NCBI GenBank assembly: GCA_045863855.1
Contig: BTVV01000002.1
Coordinates: 32,001 to 96,000 of the forward strand
From: Planctomycetota bacterium
GTDB lineage: Bacteria; Planctomycetota; SZUA-567; H5-PLA8
Direction of reading: 5' to 3'
Length of the DNA: 64,000 nt
In this document: one piece after another, positions 9,850-18,656 of the stretch
Position numbering within the stretch: the first letter of the stretch is position 1
Layout: every line of letters starts with the position of its first letter
Translations under genes and position numbers: made by a program
Notes under the pieces: generated by a model
What the model was told of the DNA's origin: nothing
The model's database searches: none
What the model saw: only the letters and a program-made list of their open reading frames with translations

Positions 9850-10545
9850 TTACTTCTTGTCCTTCTTTTCCTTGTCGCCGCCGGCCGGCTTTCCGCCCTT
9901 CGCATCCTTGGCGTCGCCTTCCGGAGCCTCCACCTTCTTCTCGTTGATGACTTCCGGCTCGGTCGCGCCCGGAGCCGCGGCCGTCGTCAGTTCCTCTTCC
10001 TTGCGCGGCGGTTCGCACTGCACCACGACCTCTTCCGGGTCGTCCACCGGCTTGACGCCTTCGGGGAACGGAATTTCGCGCAGGTGCAGCGCCGTGTTCA
10101 GTTCCAGGCTGCTCACATCCACCACGATCTTGTCCGGAATTGCAGTGGGCAGACACTCGACCTCGATCTCGTGGATCACCAGGTTCACCACGCCGCCATC
10201 GGCCGCGCCCTTCGCCGTGCCCTTGACCGCCACGGGGATATTGACCCGCACGGTCTGGCCGGCGCGCAGCTCGTTGAAGTCCACGTGCAGGACCAGTTCG
10301 CCCAGCGCGTCGAACTGGAGCCCCTTGATCAGGGCCTGCTTGTCGGCTTCGCCTTCGATCTTCAGGACCACGACGCGGTCCCCGCTGTGCAGGAGATGCC
10401 CGAACTCGCGCTCGCTGATCGCCAGCGCCAGCCCGATCTTGCCTTCCCCGTAGACCACCGCCGGGACGAGACCCTGCATGCGCAGTTTGTTGACTTTGCG
10501 AGAGCCCAGCGCCTCGCGCTTTACCGCCTTCAGTTCCGCGACCAT
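9850..10545 (-). CDS. rplY: 50S ribosomal protein L25/Ctc
   Basis: KLRMQGLVPAVVYG, LHVDF, EVECLPTAIPDKIVVDVS; between prs and pth. Confidence 0.95.
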   Translation of the reverse strand: MVAELKAVKREALGSRKVNKLRMQGLVPAVVYGEGKIGLALAISEREFGHLLHSGDRVVVLKIEGEADKQALIKGLQFDALGELVLHVDFNELRAGQTVRVNIPVAVKGTAKGAADGGVVNLVIHEIEVECLPTAIPDKIVVDVSSLELNTALHLREIPFPEGVKPVDDPEEVVVQCEPPRKEEELTTAAAPGATEPEVINEKKVEAPEGDAKDAKGGKPAGGDKEKKDKK

Positions 10546-10666
10546 CGTTTCTTCTCCTTACCGCGCCGAGCGCTTTCCGCGCGCGGCCGAGTGCTTTGCT
10601 TGTGTTCCCGGGCGGCGCTAGGCCGCTCCCCCCAAACCGTCCGCACGCCGCAGCGCGGCGCGCGCT

Positions 10667-11620
10667 TCAATCGAACAGCTTCGAAATCGACTCGTTCAAG
10701 TGCGTCCGCCGGATCGCCTCGGCCAGCACTTCCGAGACGCTCAGTACCACCAAGTTGATGTTCTCGGGGCGCTTTTTGAGCGGGATCGTGTCGCAGACCG
10801 CCAGTTCCTTCACCGGCAATCCGTTCAGCCGCTCGAACGCGCGCCCGCAGAAGACCGGGTGCGTACACATCGTGATGATCTCGCGCGCCCCGAACTCCAG
10901 CGCCGTATGCACCGCCTGCGTGATCGAGCCCGCCGTGCTGATCATGTCGTCGACGATCACCACCGTGCGGCCCTTGATGTCGCCGACCACGTGGCCCTTC
11001 TCGACGTCGCTATCGCCCTTGCGGCGCTTGTCGATCACGGCCAGCTCGCCGTTGAGTTTCTGGGCGAAGCGATTGGCCAGCTTCATGCGGCCCGGATCGG
11101 GGCTCAGGATCGTCAGGTTGTCCAGCTTCATGTCGTGGACATGCTGCAACAGCACCGGCCAGGCGTAGAGATGGTCGAGCGGAATGTCGAAGAAGCCCTG
11201 GATCTGCGTCGCGTGCAGGTCCATGCACAGCACGCGGTCGGCGCCGGCGGTGGCGATCAGGTTTGCGACCAGCTTCGCGGTGATCGGCACGCGGCCTTCG
11301 TGCTTGCGGTCCTGCCGCGCGTAGCCGTAGTACGGGATCACGGCCGTGATGCGCTGGGCGCTTGCACGCTTGCACGCGTCGACGATCGCCAGCAGTTCCA
11401 TCAGGTGGTCGTTTACCGGCGGCGAGGTGGGCTGGAGGATGAAGACGTCGCGCCCGCGAATGTCCTCGAGGATGCGGATCTTGATCTCGCCGTCCGGAAA
11501 GCGGCCTACCTCGGCGGCGCCCAGCGGCACGTCGAGGTACGCGCAGACTTGTTCGGCCTGCTTGGGGTGCGCGTTGCCGCAAAAAATGCGGATCTCGTTC
11601 CGGAGCTTCCCGTCAGGCAT
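10667..11620 (-). CDS. prs: Ribose-phosphate pyrophosphokinase
   Basis: FPDGE, PYYGYARQDRK, MDLHATQIQGFF, IVDDMISTAGS. Confidence 0.97.
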   Translation of the reverse strand: MPDGKLRNEIRIFCGNAHPKQAEQVCAYLDVPLGAAEVGRFPDGEIKIRILEDIRGRDVFILQPTSPPVNDHLMELLAIVDACKRASAQRITAVIPYYGYARQDRKHEGRVPITAKLVANLIATAGADRVLCMDLHATQIQGFFDIPLDHLYAWPVLLQHVHDMKLDNLTILSPDPGRMKLANRFAQKLNGELAVIDKRRKGDSDVEKGHVVGDIKGRTVVIVDDMISTAGSITQAVHTALEFGAREIITMCTHPVFCGRAFERLNGLPVKELAVCDTIPLKKRPENINLVVLSVSEVLAEAIRRTHLNESISKLFD

Positions 11621-11626
11621 CTCGGG

Positions 11627-12391
11627 TTACCCTTCCTTTCCGGAAAGCGCCGCGCAGGCGCGTTCGGCCGCGGCCAGCTCTTGCGGCGTGTTGATCCCCA
11701 GGCACTCTTCGACGCGCGGAGCCACGATCGCTTCCACCCCTTCGCCCCGCCGCGCGAACCAGCCCACCGTATCGGTGAGGTAAAACTCGCCCTGCGCGTT
11801 GTCGTCCTTCAGGTGCTTCAAGGCCTCGAAGAGCCGCCCCGGGCCGAACGCATACGTTCCGGTGTTGATCTCCCCGATCTTCCGTTCGTCGGGCGTCGCG
11901 TCCTTGTGCTCCACGATGCGCTTAAACGCGCCCGCGCCGTCGCGCACGATCCGGCCGTACGCGTGCTCGCCGCCGACTTGCGCGCTCAAGACCACCGCCG
12001 CGGCGCCCGAAGCGCGCTGCCGCGCCACCAGTTCGCGGATGGTCGCCGCGCGGATCAGCGGCACGTCGCCCGAAAGCACCACCACCGGCCCGGCATAGCC
12101 GCCCAGACGTTCCTCGGCGCAGCGCGCCGCGTGCCCGGTGCCCTTCTGTTCGAGCTGCAACGCCGTCTCCGCGCCGGCGGGCAGAATCTTTTCGACCTGC
12201 TCGCGGCCGTACCCCAGCACCGCCACCACTCGTTCGGCTCCGGCCCCGCGCGCGGCCTCGATCACCCAGTTCACCAGCGGCTTCCCGCGCAGCGGATGCA
12301 AGACCTTCGGAAGGTCCGACTGCATGCGCTTGCCCTGCCCCGCGGCCAGCACGATCGCGGCAAACGGAATGCGTTCGGCGGAAGCAGCCAC
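11627..12391 (-). CDS. glmU: GlmU N-terminal uridyltransferase domain only (no acetyltransferase beta-helix); likely GTG start at 12391 after GGAG
   Basis: LAAGQGKRMQSDLPKVLH, QKGTGHA, YGRIVR, EINTG, NAQGEFYLTD, GINT, then stop about 20 aa later. Confidence 0.85.
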   Translation of the reverse strand: MAASAERIPFAAIVLAAGQGKRMQSDLPKVLHPLRGKPLVNWVIEAARGAGAERVVAVLGYGREQVEKILPAGAETALQLEQKGTGHAARCAEERLGGYAGPVVVLSGDVPLIRAATIRELVARQRASGAAAVVLSAQVGGEHAYGRIVRDGAGAFKRIVEHKDATPDERKIGEINTGTYAFGPGRLFEALKHLKDDNAQGEFYLTDTVGWFARRGEGVEAIVAPRVEECLGINTPQELAAAERACAALSGKEG

Positions 12392-12720
12392 ACGAACTCC
12401 ACACGTGCGCCGATACTCGGCGCGCGAACGAAAACCCACGGCGTCCAGCGCCACACAAGCGCTCGCGCCCAACAACCTCGATCGAACCGAACCGCTCAGG
12501 CCCCGCCAAGCTCAGGGGCGCATCACGACTCATCCGCTCGCGAGGGGCCCGGACCCGGCGTGATCCAACCGCGCAGGCGTCCCTCTAAGTGCGCGCCGGC
12601 TAAGCCCTTCATGCAGGCCGCGGCGCGCGCTCGTTACGTCCCGCCCCACTGCGGATGGCTTGAGGCGGAAAGGACTTATCTACTGGCCAAGGCAGGACCT
12701 GTCAACGTCAGCACCGAATA

Positions 12721-12738
12721 ATCTGCACCGGTGCAGAT
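12721..12738. promoter_or_regulatory. Perfect 18 bp palindrome in the divergent glmU/pilin intergenic region (candidate operator)
   Basis: ATCTGCACCGGTGCAGAT equals its own reverse complement. Confidence 0.5.
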
Positions 12739-12960
12739 AGGCTTAATTTATAACTAAATTAGTATGATATGAGGTATAGAGATTGTAGCCGATGCGATTT
12801 TAACTTCTGCGCTGACTTTCAGTCGCCGACCCGGTTGAACGCTAAAAAGGCTCTCGGCAATGACTTCTGAGTCTGAAAGGTAGCCTGGGGGGGCTACCTA
12901 CCTTATAGTAAGAAGGCCCGAACGCTCCCACGTTCACCAACCGATGGCCAGAGACTACGC

Positions 12961-13719
12961 ATGAACGCAGCGGTTCGCTTCCTGAAGTCCCCTTCGCCCG
13001 GCAGCGGACGTGGCTTCACGATGATCGAACTGCTCGTGGTGATCTCGATCATCGTGCTCGCGATGAGCTTGATGATCGGGGGGTTATCGGACCTCAATCA
13101 GCGCCGCAGGCTTTCGGCGGCGGCCGAGACCGTAACCAGCGCGATCGCGCTGGCGCGCAGCACCGCGATCTCCGAACGCGCCGTCGTCCACGTGCGCATC
13201 GAGAATAAAGGCGCCAACGCGCAGTACGTGGGCGTGTACCGCTTTCCCAAGACCAGCAACGCGCTGCGCGCGACGACGGACGCGGAGGTGGTCTTGATGG
13301 GCGGCTGGAACGAATCGTCCGACACCACCCTGCTCACCAATTACCGCGTCTCGGTCAGCCAGCTTCCGGCGAATACGTGGTTCGAGACCGAGTACGATCC
13401 GGCGCAGGTCTGGGACGGCACGCGCGACCGCTTCCAACCGCTCTCGGTGATCCACCCCGCGCCGGATACGACGCTGTACTACCATAAGGACTATGACGCC
13501 ACCTTGCTGCCGCGCGGAATACCAGACTATTCCCCACCAACGAGTTATGCGCCGACACCACATCATTTACTATATTTCTATCCGGATGGCTCGGCTTCGG
13601 CGAACGTGTTGCTGTTCATCCGCAACGAGTGGAGCTTGGGGTTTGTGCAAGTTTGGAAGGGCGGGATGATCCGCAACGGTACCTTGCGGAACTACAATGA
13701 CTTTGAAGAATTGGATTAA
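12961..13719 (+). CDS. Prepilin-type N-terminal cleavage/methylation protein (GspH/FimT-like)
   Basis: RG|FTMIELLVVISII class III signal with E5; ALARSTAI and C-terminal YFYPDGSA typical of FimT/GspH. Confidence 0.85.
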   Translation: MNAAVRFLKSPSPGSGRGFTMIELLVVISIIVLAMSLMIGGLSDLNQRRRLSAAAETVTSAIALARSTAISERAVVHVRIENKGANAQYVGVYRFPKTSNALRATTDAEVVLMGGWNESSDTTLLTNYRVSVSQLPANTWFETEYDPAQVWDGTRDRFQPLSVIHPAPDTTLYYHKDYDATLLPRGIPDYSPPTSYAPTPHHLLYFYPDGSASANVLLFIRNEWSLGFVQVWKGGMIRNGTLRNYNDFEELD

Positions 13720-13726
13720 ACTACGT

Positions 13727-14455
13727 ATGTTTGAGACTGCCCCTAACCCAAAAGCGCGTATGTACCGTGCATCACGCGGTTTCACGCTTGTCGAAATTCT
13801 CGCTACATTGGCAATCCTGCTAATTGGATTAGGTGCCATTATCTCCATGCTGTTGGGCACTGGACGCGAAGGAGGAATTGCCAGCGACCGCAACGCTGCG
13901 GCGTTGATGATCACGGAGGCCACACGTGGAATTGAACGGGAGCACCTAATCACTTTGGAGATGGCGCTTGCTTCGGGAATCGATGAGGAGCATGTAGGTA
14001 AGCTGATTCAAACACCTCCAGATGCAGTGGAAAGTGACGACAATGCTATATTTGGTAGTGTACAGATCACAGGCCCGGTGCCTAGCGACCCAGCCAAACC
14101 AAATGGACCAGTGATTATTGTTAAGAAACCCTTAAGCTCTCCATTCACCGACGCCACTGTTTCTCCTCCGATGAACAAGGGTTTTCCACCACTTCCACTT
14201 ACTTCAATTAATGAATGGCCTAGAAGGCCATTCCGGCCATTTCAGATTGGTTCCGGTCAGTATCGCGTGCGATATCGTTTGGAGAAGCATCCAGAGTGGT
14301 GGCCGTTAGGAGGGGTTGAAATTCCTCATTCAAATCTTAGAGGCTTGTACCTGTTGACACTTGTTGTTTACCTTGATGAGGCGGGGGATATGTCGAACCC
14401 AGTGCAGATAAGCGATCCTGTTACGGTTTTGCTGCGTGACCGAGTGGTGCGCTAA
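13727..14455 (+). CDS. Prepilin-type protein (GspI/PilV-like); start uncertain
   Basis: RG|FTLVEILATLAILLIGL; stop overlaps the next ATG (TAATG). Confidence 0.82.
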   Translation: MFETAPNPKARMYRASRGFTLVEILATLAILLIGLGAIISMLLGTGREGGIASDRNAAALMITEATRGIEREHLITLEMALASGIDEEHVGKLIQTPPDAVESDDNAIFGSVQITGPVPSDPAKPNGPVIIVKKPLSSPFTDATVSPPMNKGFPPLPLTSINEWPRRPFRPFQIGSGQYRVRYRLEKHPEWWPLGGVEIPHSNLRGLYLLTLVVYLDEAGDMSNPVQISDPVTVLLRDRVVR

Positions 14456-15177
14456 TGACTAAGCGTTTCCGCGTGCACCAATCAACCGTTGGATTCACCC
14501 TCGTAGAGATGCTTATCGCGGTTGCTATCGCGATTCTGATTCTCGCTTTGGTTTTTACAATACTTAATGGAGCTTCAGCAGCGCAAACCTCTACGAGGAC
14601 GCGAATCCAGGCTTCCGAAGGAGCAAGAGTTTTTTTTGAAGTTCTTGAGCGAGATTTAGCTGGAGCCTTTCCAGGACCCTGGTTGCCAGCGTTTCAAAAA
14701 AGCGATCTGGCACCACCAGGATCAGCAATTCCTGACGCTGCGGTAGGTATTCACGGCGAAGTTATTAAAATGACAACGACCTCAGATACTCGCTTACCCG
14801 GCAACGAATATTTTAGTGTAAGATATTATGTAGCAAGAAAAGAAATAGGCGAAGAAAAGCGACTTTATAGGGAGGTAGATCCGGCGCAATCACCCACTAC
14901 AACCTTTCCATTTATTACGGACCCTGATGCAGCCACTGTGTCCACTGAGAATGTTTTATGTATGGGTGTAAGAAGGCTCAGAGTTCAATACGCAAAATGG
15001 AATTCAGCAGAAGGCAGGATTGAACCTGTTTCGGAAACGGACCCCTTAAGTTCCCACCTGGATGTAGTTATAGAATTTGGCGTGGATACACAAGATGAGA
15101 GATTCACTAAAGCGCAGAAGGGTGGCCTAGTTTGGTCGTTTCATAAGCTGATTCCAATACCCGCAACGTTGCCGTAA
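14455..15177 (+). CDS. Prepilin-type protein (GspJ/PilW-like)
   Basis: G|FTLVEMLIAVAIAILIL...ARVFFEVLERDLAGA; VRYYV...LYRE. Confidence 0.85.
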   Translation: MTKRFRVHQSTVGFTLVEMLIAVAIAILILALVFTILNGASAAQTSTRTRIQASEGARVFFEVLERDLAGAFPGPWLPAFQKSDLAPPGSAIPDAAVGIHGEVIKMTTTSDTRLPGNEYFSVRYYVARKEIGEEKRLYREVDPAQSPTTTFPFITDPDAATVSTENVLCMGVRRLRVQYAKWNSAEGRIEPVSETDPLSSHLDVVIEFGVDTQDERFTKAQKGGLVWSFHKLIPIPATLP

Positions 15178-15225
15178 GGGCAAGCACTTTGTTGTTGAGG
15201 CAAAATAGTTGAGGCAAATGCGTCT

Positions 15226-17574
15226 ATGAGGCGACCCATGAGCGCAATTCTCCGTCCGCGTGGCAGCGTGCTAATTTTCGCGCTAGTCCTACTCACACTT
15301 CTATTTGCCATGGGTGCAGCGTTGATATTCTTCGTGACGCAACAGTCTCGGGCGGGAGCCAACGCGCTGCGAAACAGTAGTGGCGATGTGATCGTTGATT
15401 CTGCAGAGAATCATGCCATTCAAGCGGTTCGCTCAGTTGTTAGCGCTTACGAAGCCGTCAGTCCAGATGGAATTTATTATCCAAGTCCGTCCTATCCCGC
15501 CCCCTCTTTACCCGGAGATCCTAGCGATTCTAATCATCCGTTTTTAATTTCCAAGCCAGATCAGTTGAGTGGGCAAGTGCAGCGCAATATTTATCGCATG
15601 TTCGAGGCATTTCCTGAGCCTGTGGATTACGACAATTGGATGAATGGACGTGCATGGCTATTTTGGAATGATGCCCCTGCTTACTGTGGCGCGGAACTTA
15701 AGCCAAGCGCATCGCCCTTTTACTCCGAAAGTACACTTGCCTTCTCGGCCTATCCTAATGGCTCAACTCGCCGTTCCTTTATTGACGGTCCACAACACTA
15801 TGGCATGGCTCGATCTTGGCTTGTTTTCGCTTCCGCCAATGATTTTTATGATGCTGCGCTACCAGCGAAGAAACCGAAGCGGCCCTTATCTAATCTGCGC
15901 GGCGAATACTACATCTGGGCCGCCGACCTGGACGGGAAGCTCTACGCCGTGCCAAAAGATTGGGGGCTCGACACGAACTTTTTTGCTGGCCACGCGACAC
16001 TTGACGGAGTGGAAACTGACGAAACAGCGGCACTTGCCATATTGGGCCTAGTCAATGATTACGGACCTGCCGCAAGTTGGGCTGGGAGTTATGGAGGCTT
16101 GAAACTAACCACTGGAATTGGAGGCGAGTTAGAGAAACTTCGCTTGGCACCGGCTGGTACGTCACATGCGTCCTACGGCGATCTGGCGCTGTACTTGAGC
16201 CTCGCGGTCCCCGCCAGCGGTTCGGGCGCCGCCGTCTGGGACTACTACCATAAGCGCTACGGTCTTGAGCGCTACCTGACGCTCTACCGCGACCTCGATA
16301 CGGGCCTCACGCCGCCGACGCTGAAGTCCGGCGCGACGGAACTGAACATCAACACCGCGCCCTTCGAAGTGCTCGCCGCGACGCTTTCGCGCGTTCCGCT
16401 GGTGGATGCTTATGTGCCCACCGATGTGGCGTTGGGCGGCAAAGTCGAACAGAACGTGGCGAAGGCTTCGGCGCTGGCGGCGCGCATCGTGGCCAAGCGC
16501 CCGTTCCTGTGCCGCATGGACTTCGAAGATTTCCTTGCCGCGCAGTTGGCCGGCGATGCGGCCGACGCCACGACGCCGCTGGGGATGATCACCGCGGCTT
16601 TCCCCAAGCGCCAGGAATTGGCCGCGCCGGCCGAAGCGTACTTCCTCGATCTCGACGACGTAGAGCCGTACAAGTCGAACCCCGCGCAGCTCATTCTGGA
16701 CAACCCGATCTACGCGAACGTGCATACGATGGTGCGGATGCAGGCGCGTTTTACCTTTTTTGCAGAACCTAACGCGGCGACCGGCTACGACCGTGCGTTC
16801 GCGGAACTCACGCCCGCCGCCTTTAACAACCTGCTGAACGCGACGAGCGGAAAGCGCCGGGACGGGACGTACGGGTACAGCTATTACAGCTTCGACAACG
16901 TGAAGGATCCGATTCCGTTCGACGACGGCACAGGCATCAAGTATCCGAAGTTTGAATACGAGCTTCTGACCGAGCCGGCCATCACGGGCGGAACGAAACA
17001 ATACGACCTTACCTTCCCTGCGAGTACGGCAGGAGCCTTAAACCTCTGGCGCGCAACTAAGGACGTGACGTGGGGTGGCTACTATGAAATGCAATTCGGT
17101 AGCGACGACACACAGGAATTTGCATACGACGCCACACTGCCGCTCGACGTAGCGCCCAATCCCTATCCAATCATTGTAGATGCCGGTCTCGATGGCGTAC
17201 TCCAAACGCCCAACTTGACTGACGACGAAGTCACGGGCACTCAGATTAATACTGGTGTTAATTACATGTCCGACACCTGGATCCACGGCCAGCTTCGCGC
17301 CTACCGCTTGCCCAACGATGCCGCGGTCACGACGCTCGTCGCCAATCCGGGCCTAAACAACGGCGATGTCGCATGGGCTCCGCGCTTCGGCTTCCGCTCG
17401 CGCTTCTTCGCCATCTACACCCTCGCGCGGCCCATCATCGACGTCCAGGCCAACGTCCCCACCTACGGCGCCGCACAACGCAGCGAGATCGTCTACGACG
17501 CCCTGCGCGATACGGTCCTCTTCCGCCGCGAACCGGCCACCGAAAAGCGAACCCTCGGCGATCCCACGCCGTAG
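15226..17574 (+). CDS. Large GspK/PilX-like minor pseudopilin (782 aa)
   Basis: RG|SVLIFALVLLTLL lacking E5 as in GspK/PilX; DLDGKL, LNINTAPFEVL and RSRFFAIY motifs; last gene of an H-I-J-K order. Confidence 0.75.
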   Translation: MRRPMSAILRPRGSVLIFALVLLTLLFAMGAALIFFVTQQSRAGANALRNSSGDVIVDSAENHAIQAVRSVVSAYEAVSPDGIYYPSPSYPAPSLPGDPSDSNHPFLISKPDQLSGQVQRNIYRMFEAFPEPVDYDNWMNGRAWLFWNDAPAYCGAELKPSASPFYSESTLAFSAYPNGSTRRSFIDGPQHYGMARSWLVFASANDFYDAALPAKKPKRPLSNLRGEYYIWAADLDGKLYAVPKDWGLDTNFFAGHATLDGVETDETAALAILGLVNDYGPAASWAGSYGGLKLTTGIGGELEKLRLAPAGTSHASYGDLALYLSLAVPASGSGAAVWDYYHKRYGLERYLTLYRDLDTGLTPPTLKSGATELNINTAPFEVLAATLSRVPLVDAYVPTDVALGGKVEQNVAKASALAARIVAKRPFLCRMDFEDFLAAQLAGDAADATTPLGMITAAFPKRQELAAPAEAYFLDLDDVEPYKSNPAQLILDNPIYANVHTMVRMQARFTFFAEPNAATGYDRAFAELTPAAFNNLLNATSGKRRDGTYGYSYYSFDNVKDPIPFDDGTGIKYPKFEYELLTEPAITGGTKQYDLTFPASTAGALNLWRATKDVTWGGYYEMQFGSDDTQEFAYDATLPLDVAPNPYPIIVDAGLDGVLQTPNLTDDEVTGTQINTGVNYMSDTWIHGQLRAYRLPNDAAVTTLVANPGLNNGDVAWAPRFGFRSRFFAIYTLARPIIDVQANVPTYGAAQRSEIVYDALRDTVLFRREPATEKRTLGDPTP

Positions 17575-17624
17575 GCATTCCGGAAGCGCGCGTGACCGGC
17601 ACTCTGCGGTAGCGCATCGTTGAC

Positions 17625-17648
17625 AATACTGATATATTATAATCATTA
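17625..17648. promoter_or_regulatory. Zur-like operator overlapping promoter-like elements upstream of znuA
   Basis: GATATA-T-TATAAT (17631-17643) has two mismatches to the Zur core GTTATA-N-TATAAC; TTGACA at 17620-17625. Confidence 0.55.
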
Positions 17649-17693
17649 AGCCTCGGCCTTTCGGCCCAGGCGTGGCTTCGTGTCGAGATACGC

Positions 17694-18656
17694 ATGATTT
17701 CCAAATCGTCATGGCCGTTGATGCTGCTGGGCGGAACGGTGCTGCTGGCCGCCGCCGCGGCGGCGTACTTCGCGGGACGGCCGTCCGCCGGGCGCAAAGC
17801 CGAACGGCTCACCGTCTGCACGCACCTCTTCGCGCTGCACGAATGGGCCGCGCGCGTCGCCGGTCCGGACGCCGACGCGGTGCTGCTCGAAGGCAGCGGC
17901 GGGGATCCGCACACCTTTTCGCTCAACCCGGCCGATGCGACGCAGATCGCGCGCGCGCACGTCCTGCTCTTGATCGGGCTCGACTTCGATGCTTGGGCCG
18001 CGCGTGCGGTGGAGAACGCACCCGGCGGCATCCAGGTCTGGGAAGCCCGCGCGTGGGTCAAGCTGCGCGAAATGGGCGAAGCGGACGATCATGCGCATCA
18101 CGATCACGGGCACGGGCACGATCATCACCACCACCATGACCACGGTAACGAGGATCCGCACCTATGGCTCGATCCGGATCGCGCGGCGAAGGTGGTTGAA
18201 GAACTGGGCGCGCGCTTCGGAACGCTCGACCCCGCGCATGCGGAGGGTTACACGCAGCGTGCCGCCGCGTACGCCGCCGAACTGCGCGCGTGCGGGAAGG
18301 AAATCGACGAGTTGGCCGGACAGGTGAACGGACGGCTGCTGGTCGTCTTCCACGATGCGTACGGATATCTCTTCGACCGCCTGGGTCTCAAGCTCTCTGG
18401 AACGATTCAGGCCAGTCCCGGGGTCGAGCCGACGCCGCGCGACGTGACCGAAGCTTTGGCGAAACTCCGCGAGATCGGGCAGAAGGTCGTCTTCGCCGAG
18501 CCCGGAAACCAGGCCGCGGCGGAAGCGATCGCGCGCGAACTGGGCGGCCCGGTGGTGCTTCTCGATCCGCTCGAATCCACCGGCTTCGCGCCAGGCCAGT
18601 CGTACTTGGATCGCTTGCGCGCCAACTTGGCGAAACTGAAGGAACACCTCCCATGA
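17694..18656 (+). CDS. znuA: Zn/Mn ABC transporter substrate-binding protein (ZnuA/AdcA family)
   Basis: DPHTF, His-rich loop HAHHDHGHGHDHHHHHDHG, DPHLWLDP, FHDAYGY, LDPLE. Confidence 0.9.
   Translation: MISKSSWPLMLLGGTVLLAAAAAAYFAGRPSAGRKAERLTVCTHLFALHEWAARVAGPDADAVLLEGSGGDPHTFSLNPADATQIARAHVLLLIGLDFDAWAARAVENAPGGIQVWEARAWVKLREMGEADDHAHHDHGHGHDHHHHHDHGNEDPHLWLDPDRAAKVVEELGARFGTLDPAHAEGYTQRAAAYAAELRACGKEIDELAGQVNGRLLVVFHDAYGYLFDRLGLKLSGTIQASPGVEPTPRDVTEALAKLREIGQKVVFAEPGNQAAAEAIARELGGPVVLLDPLESTGFAPGQSYLDRLRANLAKLKEHLP

Noticed and set aside
8476..12721. Long plus-strand ORFs (760 aa and 673 aa)
   Set aside because: Antisense shadows of rpsF, pth, rplY, prs and glmU, as expected in high-GC DNA.
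12961..17574. Diversity-generating retroelement or shufflon acting on the pilins
   Set aside because: No reverse transcriptase, template/variable repeat pair, recombinase or repeated crossover sites seen in the window.
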